From Octopus bimaculoides (lineage: Eukaryota), in assembly GCF_001194135.2 (NCBI RefSeq), contig NC_068994.1, positions 53,616,853 through 53,680,852 of the forward strand: DNA of 64,000 bases, read 5' to 3'. The first letter of the stretch is position 1. The number at the start of each line of letters is the position of its first letter. The translations under genes were made by a program, and so were the position numbers. Of this stretch, positions 1-11,100 are shown one piece after another. Below the pieces are notes generated by a model. The model was not told the origin of the DNA and searched no databases. It worked only from the letters and a program-made list of their open reading frames with translations.

Positions 1-329
1 AGTCAACCACTAGATAACATTGATAAGTGTATTAATTTGATTTACCATCCATATTCTGTCTGTTGTGTTGCAAATAATTATTACAATCACACACATCAAC
101 ACAAACATATACATATACAAACTCATTAGAGAAAATAAATATTGCCTGAATGTATCAAGAATATAAAATGACTGCAAGTATATTATAAATACACATTTAA
201 GAGTCTATACATGTACCTAATTTATTTATATTAAGAAATTTATGTAATAAATTTTGAATAGGGAGTTTTTACAACATCAGCTATAAGTCATGTACTGCTT
301 TTTGTGGCTTTAAGTCGTATGAGTTTTGG

Positions 330-630
330 TTGGTTTCAGTATGGAGAGCAATTGAAAGGAAACGTCACTTTGAAAAAGTTGATATTTGCTTGCCAGTATT
401 TAGTCATGGCCAGCTTTATGTGGCCTTAAGTCATACAAGAAGGAAGGAAAACTTTAAAATTCTTTTGAAGGAAACAAGCAGTCAAGAGATGTTAATTGCG
501 GATAGATTTTTCACGAAAAATTTGGTAATAAAAGAATTATTAAACTAAAAACTTGGTTTTGTACCTTATTTATATATAAAATACTACAATTAGCCATCAT
601 TTTTTATAGCAGGAGGCCAGCTAGTAAAAA
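330..630 (+). mobile_element. Helitron 3' remnant (PIF1-type helicase C-terminus)
   Basis: FEKVDICLPVFSHGQLYVALS...TKNLVIKELL matches the RepHel helicase terminal motif; followed by ...ggccagCTAG|T, the typical Helitron 3' end. Confidence 0.75.
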
Positions 631-699
631 ATAAAAACTGTATATGGATTCTATTTAATTTTAAAAATAAAATGTATTTCAACTCTAACTTTATAAACA

Positions 700-846
700 T
701 ACAATCATCATCATCGTTTAACGTCCGCTTTCCATGCCAGCATGGGTTGGACGATTTGACTGAGGACTGGTGAAACCGGATGGCAACACCAGGCTCCAAT
801 CTAATTTGGCAGAGTTTCTACAGCTGGATGCCCTTCCTAATGCCAA
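700..846 (-). mobile_element. RTE 3' tail / RTE-derived SINE with (GAT)n tail
   Basis: Near-exact reverse complement of 40065-40212, the 3' end of an RTE copy. Confidence 0.8.
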
Positions 847-929
847 CAATGTGTATATATATTTTTGGGGACACCCTATTTATATATATATATTAATGTG
901 AGGTACGCTTTTGCTGTTTATTTTTTCAG

Positions 930-3900
930 CTTCACTTTCTGGTAAAAAATTAGTTGCTCTTACATTGATCCATAATGGAGCCAATACTGATCTCAAGGAC
1001 AACAATGGGAAGACCTGTTTAATGGTTGCTGTTATCAATGGCCATCAACAATTAGTGGAAGTCCTTCTGGAGAACAATGCTGATATCACAATATCTACGG
1101 TTAGTCGATTGCCACCCCCTTTATTTTCATCATTGATCATTTCCCTCCTTTCATCATAGATTATTACCATTATTATTGTTGTTTAGCCTCAAGTTAGCCC
1201 TGATAGAACATACCTTATTCTAAAAGATATCCCAGCTGTTACCAGCCTATTTTTTTAGTATTTCAGAGACTTCATTGCTCAATATATCCTTATTATTTAC
1301 AATGTTAGCATGTGATTGCATGAAGACTTGACTGCACAGATACTCCATATTTGGCTTAAAGTATAAGTCAAGTACTTGGATTGATGTGATTAACTAGTCC
1401 CACCCACTGAAAATTACTAGCCTTGTGTCCAAATTAGAAACAATTATTATTGTTGGCACAGTAGGTAAGAAACAAGAGCTCTAAATGAAATATTTATACT
1501 GCCACATTTAGTTATGTTCTATTGTTTTACATCAGTTTTCCCACCTGTAATTCCATGAGTACTTATGATTCATGTTGAAACAATTGATTTCCACAGCTGG
1601 AAGCCCTTCCTATTTACCATCTAAATGTAAACTACAAGTGATATCTGTTTTGTATCCAGTCAGCAAAAATGGATCAAGGAGTATTATATGCCTTACTTGA
1701 GTAAGGCACATAACACACACCCTGTGGCCTACTAGTACATCACTTCCTCTTTCTGCTTCTACTGCTACAATAACGGCTACTACTACTCAGAGCTGAATTT
1801 ATGCCAATTGCACTCAACAATTTCTGTTCCATTCACCTCTCCTACTCTCTTCATCTTTGTTGTGTTCCTATCCCAGCCATGCACTACACCATGCCCAGTC
1901 CTTCCTTCTCAAAACATTGTTCCTCTGGAATTCCCTCCCTGCTCATGTCTTTCCTGCATAAAGATTCAAGAGGAATGGCTGTAATAATTTTCACTTGAAC
2001 TCATGATCTTCAAGTTCAGCCTACACTGATATAGTAACCTATAATATTATTGTGTTCCTGCATTCTTGTTTGTTTCATCTGTGTTATGCTTACACCAAGG
2101 GAGGTAATAACTTGAATGGAGAACTACAGCGAGAGAGAGAAGTGGAAGGGAGACAAAGAAATGGAATAGTGGAAAAGATAGAAAAGGAAACCATGAAATA
2201 GAGAGAGAGGTGGGGAGAAGGTCTATATTATTCTACATTTGTGTTAAAATTGTAAGCACAATTGAAATACTTAACATACTGAAACAGTGCCATGGCCCAT
2301 AAATTTATGCTTTAAAAGATATATCAATGAATAGTTAAGTTAAAGTGAAATAACCTTAGTTAGTAAATAGTTGTGGAAATGACACTTTTATTTTTAAAGT
2401 GTTCCAGACCAAAACCTGTAACCATATTGGGGCAATGGTGTTATCCTTTTCTTTTTCTTTTTTTTTCTGTTAGGTTTAAATGTTTATTGATATTTAAAAA
2501 TAAACAGATACACATACCAGCAGAAGGGAAAGTAGATATGATAGTTACTTAGACAGACAAATTGACAGCCAGGTAGGTAGACTATCTTACTGATATATCC
2601 AAAGAATTTTATTAATCTCATGCCTATGCATGCCTTTCAAATTGCATTCAGTTCATACAGTTTATAAAGTATTTTCTGTGATCATATACATGCCATTCAT
2701 ATTGCATTCAGTTCATCCTAATACTTGACCAGTTCATTATATTATAATGGGAGACAAGGTTCTGGATAGCGGTTGAATATCGCCTTTCTCCCATTAATTT
2801 CTTATTCTTCATGCTGTTAAGGCTCCAGCAGTCGAGTAAAGAAGTATCAGGCTAAACGCAGGTTCTCCATTAGTTTTTACTTACAATATATACACATATG
2901 TGGTATGTTGCTCTTTTGCAGCCATTTCATGCGGTATGTATTCATCGCTCTCCATTACGCGGGCCATGGTCTCAGGAGATACGACAAGCGGACTAGCCTT
3001 GTGCTTTTCGTCACCTGGACTACATTTCCCAGTTCACGAGTGACATTTGGCACATACCTAGAACAGAAAACGTGACTGTTGACGCACTCTCTTTCTTGTG
3101 CCTGCTCCAATTATTCTGTTTTTGCACTGCCGTACTCAGTGGGGAGCCCTTATAGCGGCCCAAGCAGTCAGCGCCATATTGGGTGAGATCTCGCAGCAGC
3201 TGTTGCCATCTCCGAGACTGGAGCGAGACCTCACCTGCATCCATTTGCCATGTGCAAGCTCACAACGAGGCTCATGATGGCAAACTATATAAAAGGAAGA
3301 AACCACAAGGTTTGATCTCTTTTTTCCCCCCCGCATCTGCTCGCAGAGCACACTTCACTGGCTGGGCCCCTAGGCTAATCCGCTTGTCGTCTCTCCTGTG
3401 GTAATGGGCCCCCGTAACAGAGAACAACAAATTCATACCGCATGAGATAGCTGCTGAGAGGAACGTACCGCCCCTTTGTATATATTGTAAATAAAAACTA
3501 ATGGAGAATCTGCGTTTTGCTTAATACTTCTTTACTCGACTGCTGAAGCCTTAAGCAACATGAAGAATAAGAAATTAATGGGAGAAAGGCGATATTCAAC
3601 CCATATCGAGAACCTTGCCTCACATTATAAATCAATAGATTGCCTGACTAAATGTCTTGAGCTTTCTTAATCACCCTATGACTCTTCAACTAAAAACCAA
3701 ATATAAACTTGGACCTAAGAGGTCAATGTTCAATAAAGTAAATAACTAGGGTTGATTTAATTGATACATTATTCTAGTCCTATCTACTAAAGATGGTTTG
3801 ATCACTTCAAAAGAAATCAATATTGTATATGAATAACCTTATACACTTGTTTTTGGAGTTTTTTTTTTTTCCCCCTTTCAGAGTGGTCGTACAGCATATG

Positions 3901-5557
3901 AAATGGCTGTTTCTCTTGAAAAAAGGGTAAGTAAATTTTAAAGATGGAATGGGTCATCTTCATGCTTTTTACATCATCCCTGATTGAATAGCCTCTACAA
4001 TCATTTTCTTACAATTAGTTTGGGAGCTGTTAACAGGAATACTTTCAGAAAGCATTTATAAGCATCTTGACAACCAGAATTTACTTCCAGAAGAACAGAA
4101 AGGTTGCAGGGAGAAGGCTAGAGGAACACATAATCTAACATACATTGACAAAGCAGTTTTAAAATAAGTGAAATCTAGAAAAAGTTTAACAATAGCAAGG
4201 ACAGATTATAAGAAAGCATATGACATGATTCTACATTTATAGATAAGTGAATTCTTGAGAATTTTCAGTATTGCAGACAACATAAGAGAGTTAATTAGCT
4301 ATAGCACGAAGAAATGGAAATTAGATCTTTACTCAGATGATACAGCCTTTGGGAAAGTTAATACCGTGAGAGGAATTTTCCAGGAGACTTCTTATACACT
4401 TTAATGTTTGTGTTATGTTTAATCCCCCTCAGTTTAGCATTAAGAATTCAAAGGTAGGGTGTCAGTTTAGAGATAATAAAGATAAAAATTAACCATTTGC
4501 TCTACATCGATGACTTGAAGCTCTTTAGTAAAAATAAAAAGTGATAGATTCTTTAATACAAACTGTAAGATGCTTAAGCAAAGATATAGGTATGAAATTT
4601 GTCATAGATAAGTGCACACTACTAATCATAAAAAAGGGAAAGGTAGTCAGCAGTGAAAGCATTCAGTTACCAGACGACCAGACATTAAAATCACTGAAAG
4701 GAGAAAGCTACAAGTATCTAGGAGTATTAGAATCTGACAGAATACTAACTATAGAAATGAAAGAGACTAATACTTTGTTATCAACAAAAAGAACAGCAAA
4801 GTTGGGATTTGAACTTAGAACATAATGAGCAAGAATAAATAACACAAAGCATTCTGGCTAACTCTTTAATAATTCAACCAACTTGTCTTTATAACAGCAA
4901 CAGTAATGTTTTCTGGTTTAGGCACAGTTTTGAGGGGAGGGGATTAGTTAATACCATTGATCCCAATGCTAGATTAGTACTTTGTTTTATTGACCATAGA
5001 GAGATGAAAGGTAAAGTTGATCTCAGTGAGATCTGAACTCTGAATGCAAAGATTCAGTGCAAATAACACAAAGCACTTTTTCTGATATTCTAATGACTGT
5101 GCTGATCCAATAATAGATATTTATAGTGTTAGTGTTAATGGTGTAGGAATAGTAGCTCCATTTTACTAATCAGCTTTGCTTCTGAAGCTCAATGGCAACA
5201 GATGTGCATAATTGTTAATTCGTATGATTGTGGTTGGATATGGATTTGAGAAGGTCATAGCCCAATTATTGCATTCCTAGACTTATAATGGAAGGCATTG
5301 CAGATGTGACCATCATGTAGAATATGACTTGAAGACAATTTGACTGCACAAAGGCTATCATCTTGTTGAATTGTTAGTTTCTTGAATATGTTGGTACATA
5401 TCATACACTTACTCAGATTTCTCCTGACACTGATTTATATGTTGGTACATATTTGGTTTGTTGTAGATGATGTTCTTACTTTTTTTTCTTCATTTGCCAG
5501 AAAATTATAGATACCATGGAGAAATTTATGAAAAAACGTGGAATAAAATTTTTCTAA
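930..5557 (+). CDS. FANK1: FANK1-like paralog A, 3' part; coding exons 930-1099, 3882-3926, 5501-5557; ...ASLSGKKLVALTLIHNGANTDLKDNNGKTCLMVAVINGHQQLVEVLLENNADITIST|SGRTAYEMAVSLEKR|KIIDTMEKFMKKRGIKFF*
   Basis: Polypyrimidine-AG acceptors and GT donors with compatible phases; ankyrin-repeat translation; same exon sizes as copies B-D except one codon shorter in exon 8. Upstream exons lie outside the window. Confidence 0.88.
1175..1335. mobile_element. Second SINE-like family (gttgtttagcc..agtcagccctgat...); copies also at about 11120-11260, 14330-14470, 14630-14820, 21200-21360, 37110-37270, 45390-45510, 46900-47100, 53270-53420, 62300-62430
   Basis: Repeated, diverged matches in both orientations within the window. 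Confidence 0.65.
2742..3630. repeat. Long inverted-repeat element: arms 2742-2999 and 3372-3630, spacer about 370 bp
   Basis: The arms are reverse complements along their length (e.g. gaatatcgcctttctcccattaatttcttattcttcatg versus catgaagaataagaaattaatgggagaaaggcgatattc), roughly 80-85% identical by eye. Confidence 0.9.
4015..4770 (+). mobile_element. Decayed non-LTR retrotransposon RT fragment, R4/Dong-like
   Basis: EEQKGCR, DYRKAYD, RGIFQGD, INHLLYIDDLKLF, GMKF..DKC and YKYLGVLE motifs with stops and frameshifts. Confidence 0.75.
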
Positions 5558-5754
5558 GGAGTGAAGCGGTAATGTTAACACGGCATTGATTAAGGTATGT
5601 ACCTGTTTGCATATTCTTAGACATTTCTTTCTTGGAACTTCTTCTAGCCTTTCTTTCCATCTCTTAATTTATCTATCTATATATATAAAGATGAGAATGT
5701 GTGTCTCTGTGTGAATCCCTAAAACTTGAAAACTACACAACCAAGCAGCATCAT

Positions 5755-6310
5755 GCCACCCCATGTCTTTGAACAGGGCATTAGGCTCAATTCAGATGGC
5801 TATGTGAAACTGCTGGAGACTGCAGTCAAACTCTGGCAGGAGAGAGTTACTGCTGGAAGGCCACGTGTGTAGCAGAAGGGTTCAGCTCCTTGTCATACCT
5901 CCAGAAAGAGTCAGTAGTGGTTGTTAGAGAATTTGTACAACTTGACCAGCCCCAATTTCTGGCCTCGTAATTCCCTCAATTGTAATCCCATGGATTACTA
6001 TGTGTGGGGCATGGTTGAGAAAGACACCAGTTGTTCTGTCTAAAACACCAAGGCCAAGCTGATGGTTAAGATCAAGGAAGTGTTCAAAGACCTTCCAAGG
6101 GACACAGTGAGGGATGCATGCACCCGGTTCTAGAGTTGTCTTGAGGTTATGATGAAAGCTGAAGGCAGGTACTTTGAGTAAAGTGTTATTTCCTCACCAT
6201 AATTTAGTTGATGTTTTTTGAATTTTTAAAAATACTTTTAGGTTTGGTTCGGATATAGTGTTTTCTTTTCCTTTTATATGAACCATCAAATTTAGCCCAA
6301 ACACCCTGTA
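5755..6310 (+). mobile_element. Tc1/mariner-superfamily transposase 3' fragment with right TIR
   Basis: WPRNS.NCNPMDYYVWG and EAEG.YFE*-like motifs; ends ...CACCCTGTA. Confidence 0.75.
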
Positions 6311-6532
6311 TGTATGTGTGTTAAGATAAGTAAATAACCAATGTATACATATTAATAAATTTGATCCTGCCTTCTTTCATTCACTGTCAAAGGTGTTTAT
6401 TTGGATGAAAGAGGGATCTTGAAATTGCTCTCTGTATGGAAAGAAATACTTGAAATTTCCCACTGTTGCTTTGTAAATGTATTTTTTGATTATTCATAAA
6501 CCTCATTTTTTTTTTTTTTTCTAATTTATCAG

Positions 6533-6890
6533 AATTGTAATGGTAACAAACTCAACAAGCTGGACATGCATTCGAAGAGACTTTCCTTTTCAGTCACAAT
6601 ATCTGTATATCTTCATATAATGGATTGAATCAAATCTTGCCCATTTGCCTGCAGTCACAGAATCTATTTGACATGGTTTAAATTGTTAAATCTGTCCAAA
6701 CAATGTGTGTCACTGAATCTTCCAGTTTTAATGGCATCAAGTTTTGTATATTTTTGTTTTCTCAACTTCAGCCAGCAGAAGCAGACAATATTTGTGTAAC
6801 AACTTATGTATTTTTATCATGTGAAAATTCTAGCCTATTCCAAAAAAACTGTTATGATAAAGTTATTTTCCTCACCAATAAATTGTCATA
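6533..6890 (+). other. Non-coding terminal 3'UTR exon of paralog A; AATAAA at 6877-6882
   Basis: Acceptor ctaatttatcAG|aattgt after a poly-T tract; alignable with 48924-49310 downstream of copy C; donor AAG|GTATGT at 5594/5595. Confidence 0.65.
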
Positions 6891-6944
6891 TACAAAATAA
6901 AATTATTATTATTATTATCCAATTGATTTGCATTTTATTTCATC

Positions 6945-7195
6945 TGCTCGGAAATTTCCAGGAAGTAAATCTTCCCCCTCATCCACTTCCTTGGAACTTT
7001 CATCCCCTCCTCGGAACTTTGCAGGAAGTAATTTCTCCCACTCCTCCCATTCCTTGGAACTTTCCAAGAAGTAATTCGCCCCTCATCGGAACTTTCCAGG
7101 AAGTGATTCCTCCCCTTCTCCCCTTCCTTAGAACATTTCAGGAAGTAATTCGCCCCTCCCCCGTAACTTTTCTGGAAGTAATTTTTCCCCTCCTC
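6945..7195 (+). repeat. Minisatellite, about 7 units of GGAA(C/A)TTTCCAGGAAGTAATT separated by C-rich linkers
   Basis: Direct repeats seen at about 6950, 6992 (partial), 7013, 7055, 7088, 7130 and 7163. Confidence 0.9.
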
Positions 7196-7886
7196 CATTT
7201 ATTAATCACTTTTGATTCAAACTTTGTATGAATAACATGAGAATTTTATATTCTCAAATAATATATGCTTATACAAGAAAATTTTAATTAGTATTATGCA
7301 ATCGTTGACAGGTTTAATAAAGCCACAAAAATGAACTTCATTTAATTTATGAACATTTTAGAAAAAGTATGTTACTTTTAATAGCTGAAGTTATACTGAA
7401 ACAGCCAGCAGAATAAAACAAAGAATCCATCAAAAGCAAGAGAATCTGAATGCTGCAGGACCATCACAGCTTCAGCGTTTCAATGAGATAGAAAAGTTAT
7501 AGAAAAAGGTAAAGAAGCGGGTGGGGTGGGGGATTCAACAAAAAAGGAAATTCAGGAATTCGAGTGAACGGTATGATTATCTAGCTAAATAACCGGAAGC
7601 GATTTCATTATTTATCTGAGGTTTCAAGGTTAACAGAAGGTAAAATACATTCTAAGTTGGGGGAAAGAGGTACATGTAGGGCTGCTAGAGGTGGAATTTG
7701 AACTTAGAACGTAAAGGCGAACGAAATGCCGCTAAGCGCTTTGCCCGGCGTGCAAAAGACTGTCAGAATAATAAAGATGTTTAAAAAGCGTTTCTAACCC
7801 ATGCACATATATATTAAGAGAGCGAGCGAGAGAGAGAGAGAGATGTGTGTGTTTATATATGTGTATGCGTCAGTGAGTATGTATAC

Positions 7887-7972
7887 CTACGTAATAAACC
7901 TCGTGCATGCTTTCTCTAAAAACAGCGTCTTGTTTGCGGTTTTTCTGATTCATTTCGTTGTCAACTGCCAGT
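7887..7972 (+). promoter_or_regulatory. Conserved upstream block of paralog B (putative core promoter/5'UTR)
   Basis: ctacgtaataaacctcgtgcatgc...aaaacagcgtcttgtttg...tcaactgccagt aligns with 33527-33620 and 51966-52050, each about 130-220 nt before the exon-1 donor. Confidence 0.6.
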
Positions 7973-8105
7973 TTATATGCTCGGTTGACATTTTCTTTTA
8001 CTTTAGTCTATGAGTACCCGGCTTTCCATGAATGAAAGGGGACTAGTAGTTATCAACTCGGTAACTCACTCATCATAAATATATGTATTTTTTATATACC
8101 CTGTA

Positions 8106-11100
8106 ATGCCAACAAGTAGGAAAAATTTATATTTTTTTGTTTATTGTTTATATTTAATTAATGTTTCCTATATTGTTTACATTTAATTAATACCAGTTCA
8201 ACATAGTAATGTTGTTTATTTGGCGGAGGTAAAAAATACGTACACCACCCGTTTTCGGCGTAACAAAAGCACTAACCCTAAACACCGGGTGTACGTATTT
8301 TTTACTTTCGCCGTTTATTTTACGCTTTTGCTTTGTTTTTTAGTGGGGGGTGAACGAGCTGAGAAGGGAGTTTCTATGAATGAATTCGTTCGACCTTCCA
8401 TAAATAGCAACTGAATCTCAAGTATATTTTACCGTTTTAAAAATATGAAGGACTCGCTGGATAATATAATCCTCGATGCACTATGTCTGGAAAAGGAAAG
8501 GATTGTCATGGCTGTAATGCCTTTTCCGATGAACACTTTCTTGCCTAATCTAAAATATTACGGATCAGGACGCCCACATGAGTTGGATTTTTTCCGCTTT
8601 GACGGGGATTTTTCCAATTTATTTTTCACTACACCCTGAGTTTCTTATCGCGAGCCACTTTGAATATTTTCATGGAATAATTTGAGCATAATAAAATCAT
8701 TGAAATTAAACTAAAAGAGCCTAATTTAATGAAATATCAAATAATGCAACCTAACAGAAAGTAATAAGTTAATGTATGAACGATTTCAACGGGTTCTTGA
8801 TTTACAAGGATTTGTGTATCTCCTTGCCCACTGGATTGCATCTCCTTGATTTTCTCGGAGCAGATCCTAAGATCACCCTTTGCCGCTTCTTCAGCCATTC
8901 TGACCACCGTCTGCTGGCGTATTGAGCGTAACTCTGCCAGGAGTGCTATGTCAACAGCATAGTCCAAATCCGTTAGACGTCTGCCTGAAGTCCACTGTAT
9001 TCCGGCAGATGGTTCATTTATGGCTCTCTGCAAGACCGATAACCAGACACGTTGGACAATCGGCGACCCTTCATATTACGGCCATAAGCTTCAAAGTATG
9101 AAGAGAAGCTAGAATGTAACAGAAACACATCGTTAAATGTTCTAAAGAAACAATAATCTTTCAAATCTGTTTATCTACCAATATTCTTTCAAGTATAAAG
9201 ATGTAATTGTATGAAACATTTATCCCCAAATACAACATCTGTTTCAACACACGATTTCACATCAAAAATCTTACAAAACAAATATATAAACGGAACAATC
9301 ATAGTATTGTTTTCGGGTAACTTCTCCAGATTATCCATAGACAAGTGACAAAACAGGAATTTCACCTGCACTTAACTCTCAAATACAGTATCGACGGTAC
9401 TGTGCTAGCCTGAAACTCAGTTTTGCAACACCCGTCCCTCAGTTCTATGTTAGTAGATCAAAACACAATTACACATTTTATTCTCAGAACATTTCATATA
9501 TAATATATATATTTATTTATAAAGCATTACTGTTTGTTTCTTCAGAAAATTTTTATGGCTTTATTTTTATCCCCCCGTTTTCTGATGTGGAACTTAATTA
9601 CAACTCACTCACTCTCTCGGCAGACCTTAAGACGAATCGAACTCAGGAGATTTTCGATTGTACATATTTGTTCTATGAGATTTCTATTATTGAATACACC
9701 CGTTTTTTGTTGTAGCTCGATTAATGTAAACGCTTAAATAGTCTTTTATATCATGCCTTCGTATTAAATTAATAGTTAGTCATATTGTTCTGCAAGTGTA
9801 GTGGTGCGTGTGGCCGCCATCTTAGGAAGTGCCATTGTGCATGTGCAAGGGATTTGCCGTCAGCGGAAGTACCCGAGCACGCATGCGCAATGCAACAGGT
9901 GGAGAAAAACCAATAGCGTTCGCGCTCTTTTCTCTCTAGCAGCGGTGGCGACAACACGTATCTCTTATCCATCCAGCAGCCGTCGTGACAGGACGTCTTC
10001 CAGGCTCTGTCCCAACTCGACCCCGACATGTGGTCGAAGCTTTCTTTGGTATTCTAGCGGCATGCCTATTCACCCAGGAACTAAACGGCTCTACACCAAC
10101 CTAGAATAAACTATGTTCTGTTGTTACCGTTATAACTGGTGACCCCCGACGTGATAACGGAATNNNNNNNNNNNNNNNNNNNNNNNNNNNNNNNNNNNNN
10201 NNNNNNNNNNNNNNNNNNNNNNNNNNNNNNNNNNNNNNNNNNNNNNNNNNNNNNNNNNNNNNNNNNNNNNNNNNNNNNNNNNNNNNNNNNNNNNNNNNNN
10301 NNNNNNNNNNNNNNNNNNNNNNNNNNNNNNNNNNNNNNNNNNNNNNNNNNNNNNNNNNNNNNNNNNNNNNNNNNNNNNNNNNNNNNNNNNNNNNNNNNNN
10401 NNNNNNNNNNNNNNNNNNNNNNNNNNNNNNNNNNNNNNNNNNNNNNNNNNNNNNNNNNNNNNNNNNNNNNNNNNNNNNNNNNNNNNNNNNNNNNNNNNNN
10501 NNNNNNNNNNNNNNNNNNNNNNNNNNNNNNNNNNNNNNNNNNNNNNNNNNNNNNNNNNNNNNNNNNNNNNNNNNNNNNNNNNNNNNNNNNNNNNNNNNNN
10601 NNNNNNNNNNNNNNNNNNNNNNNNNNNTATTGTCTTAAAGGAAAACACACAAAGAAAAAAAATTATTTTTATTCTTAGTTTAAACTCTGCAAATACTGAC
10701 TTTGCTTTTCAGCCCTATAAGTTTGATAGGACAAGTTTCACTGATGCGTTTTAGGTGAGGTTGGAGGTGGCTTGTGTAGTTACTTACACAGTTATCCATA
10801 CAATTTTGTGTTTATTTCTGCCATCCTAATTTTAACTTTAAATTCTTTTTTTCTACCTGATCAGATAACATTTCGGTCGCAGAGCCTGATGTGACTTCTT
10901 CCAACCATTATTCTGTACATCTTGATTGGTCTTCCTCTCTGCTCCAGTTCAAATACAACATTCTAAATGAAACTGAGAGAATCTACACCATTACACAGCA
11001 ATCTGAAGGTCATGTTGAACAAGAAGATGGCTGGAAAGATGTATATATGTATGTACACTAACATGTACTGTTTTATCTAGTTGGATAGTTAACTCTAGAA

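Noticed and set aside
6945-7195. CRISPR-like repeat-spacer look of the array
   Set aside because: Eukaryotic context, degenerate repeats, low-complexity mutually similar linkers, no cas genes.
9801-10109. 102-aa ORF as a possible gene or FANK1 exon 1
   Set aside because: Lies within the LTR-like element, has no recognisable motif, and a better homologous exon 1 exists at 8106-8115.
10137-10155. tRNA-Trp gene
   Set aside because: Only the complement of the 3' 18 nt including CCA is present; this is a PBS, not a tRNA gene.
10111-10678. Long ORFs in the track spanning the first N-gap
   Set aside because: Artefacts of N runs.
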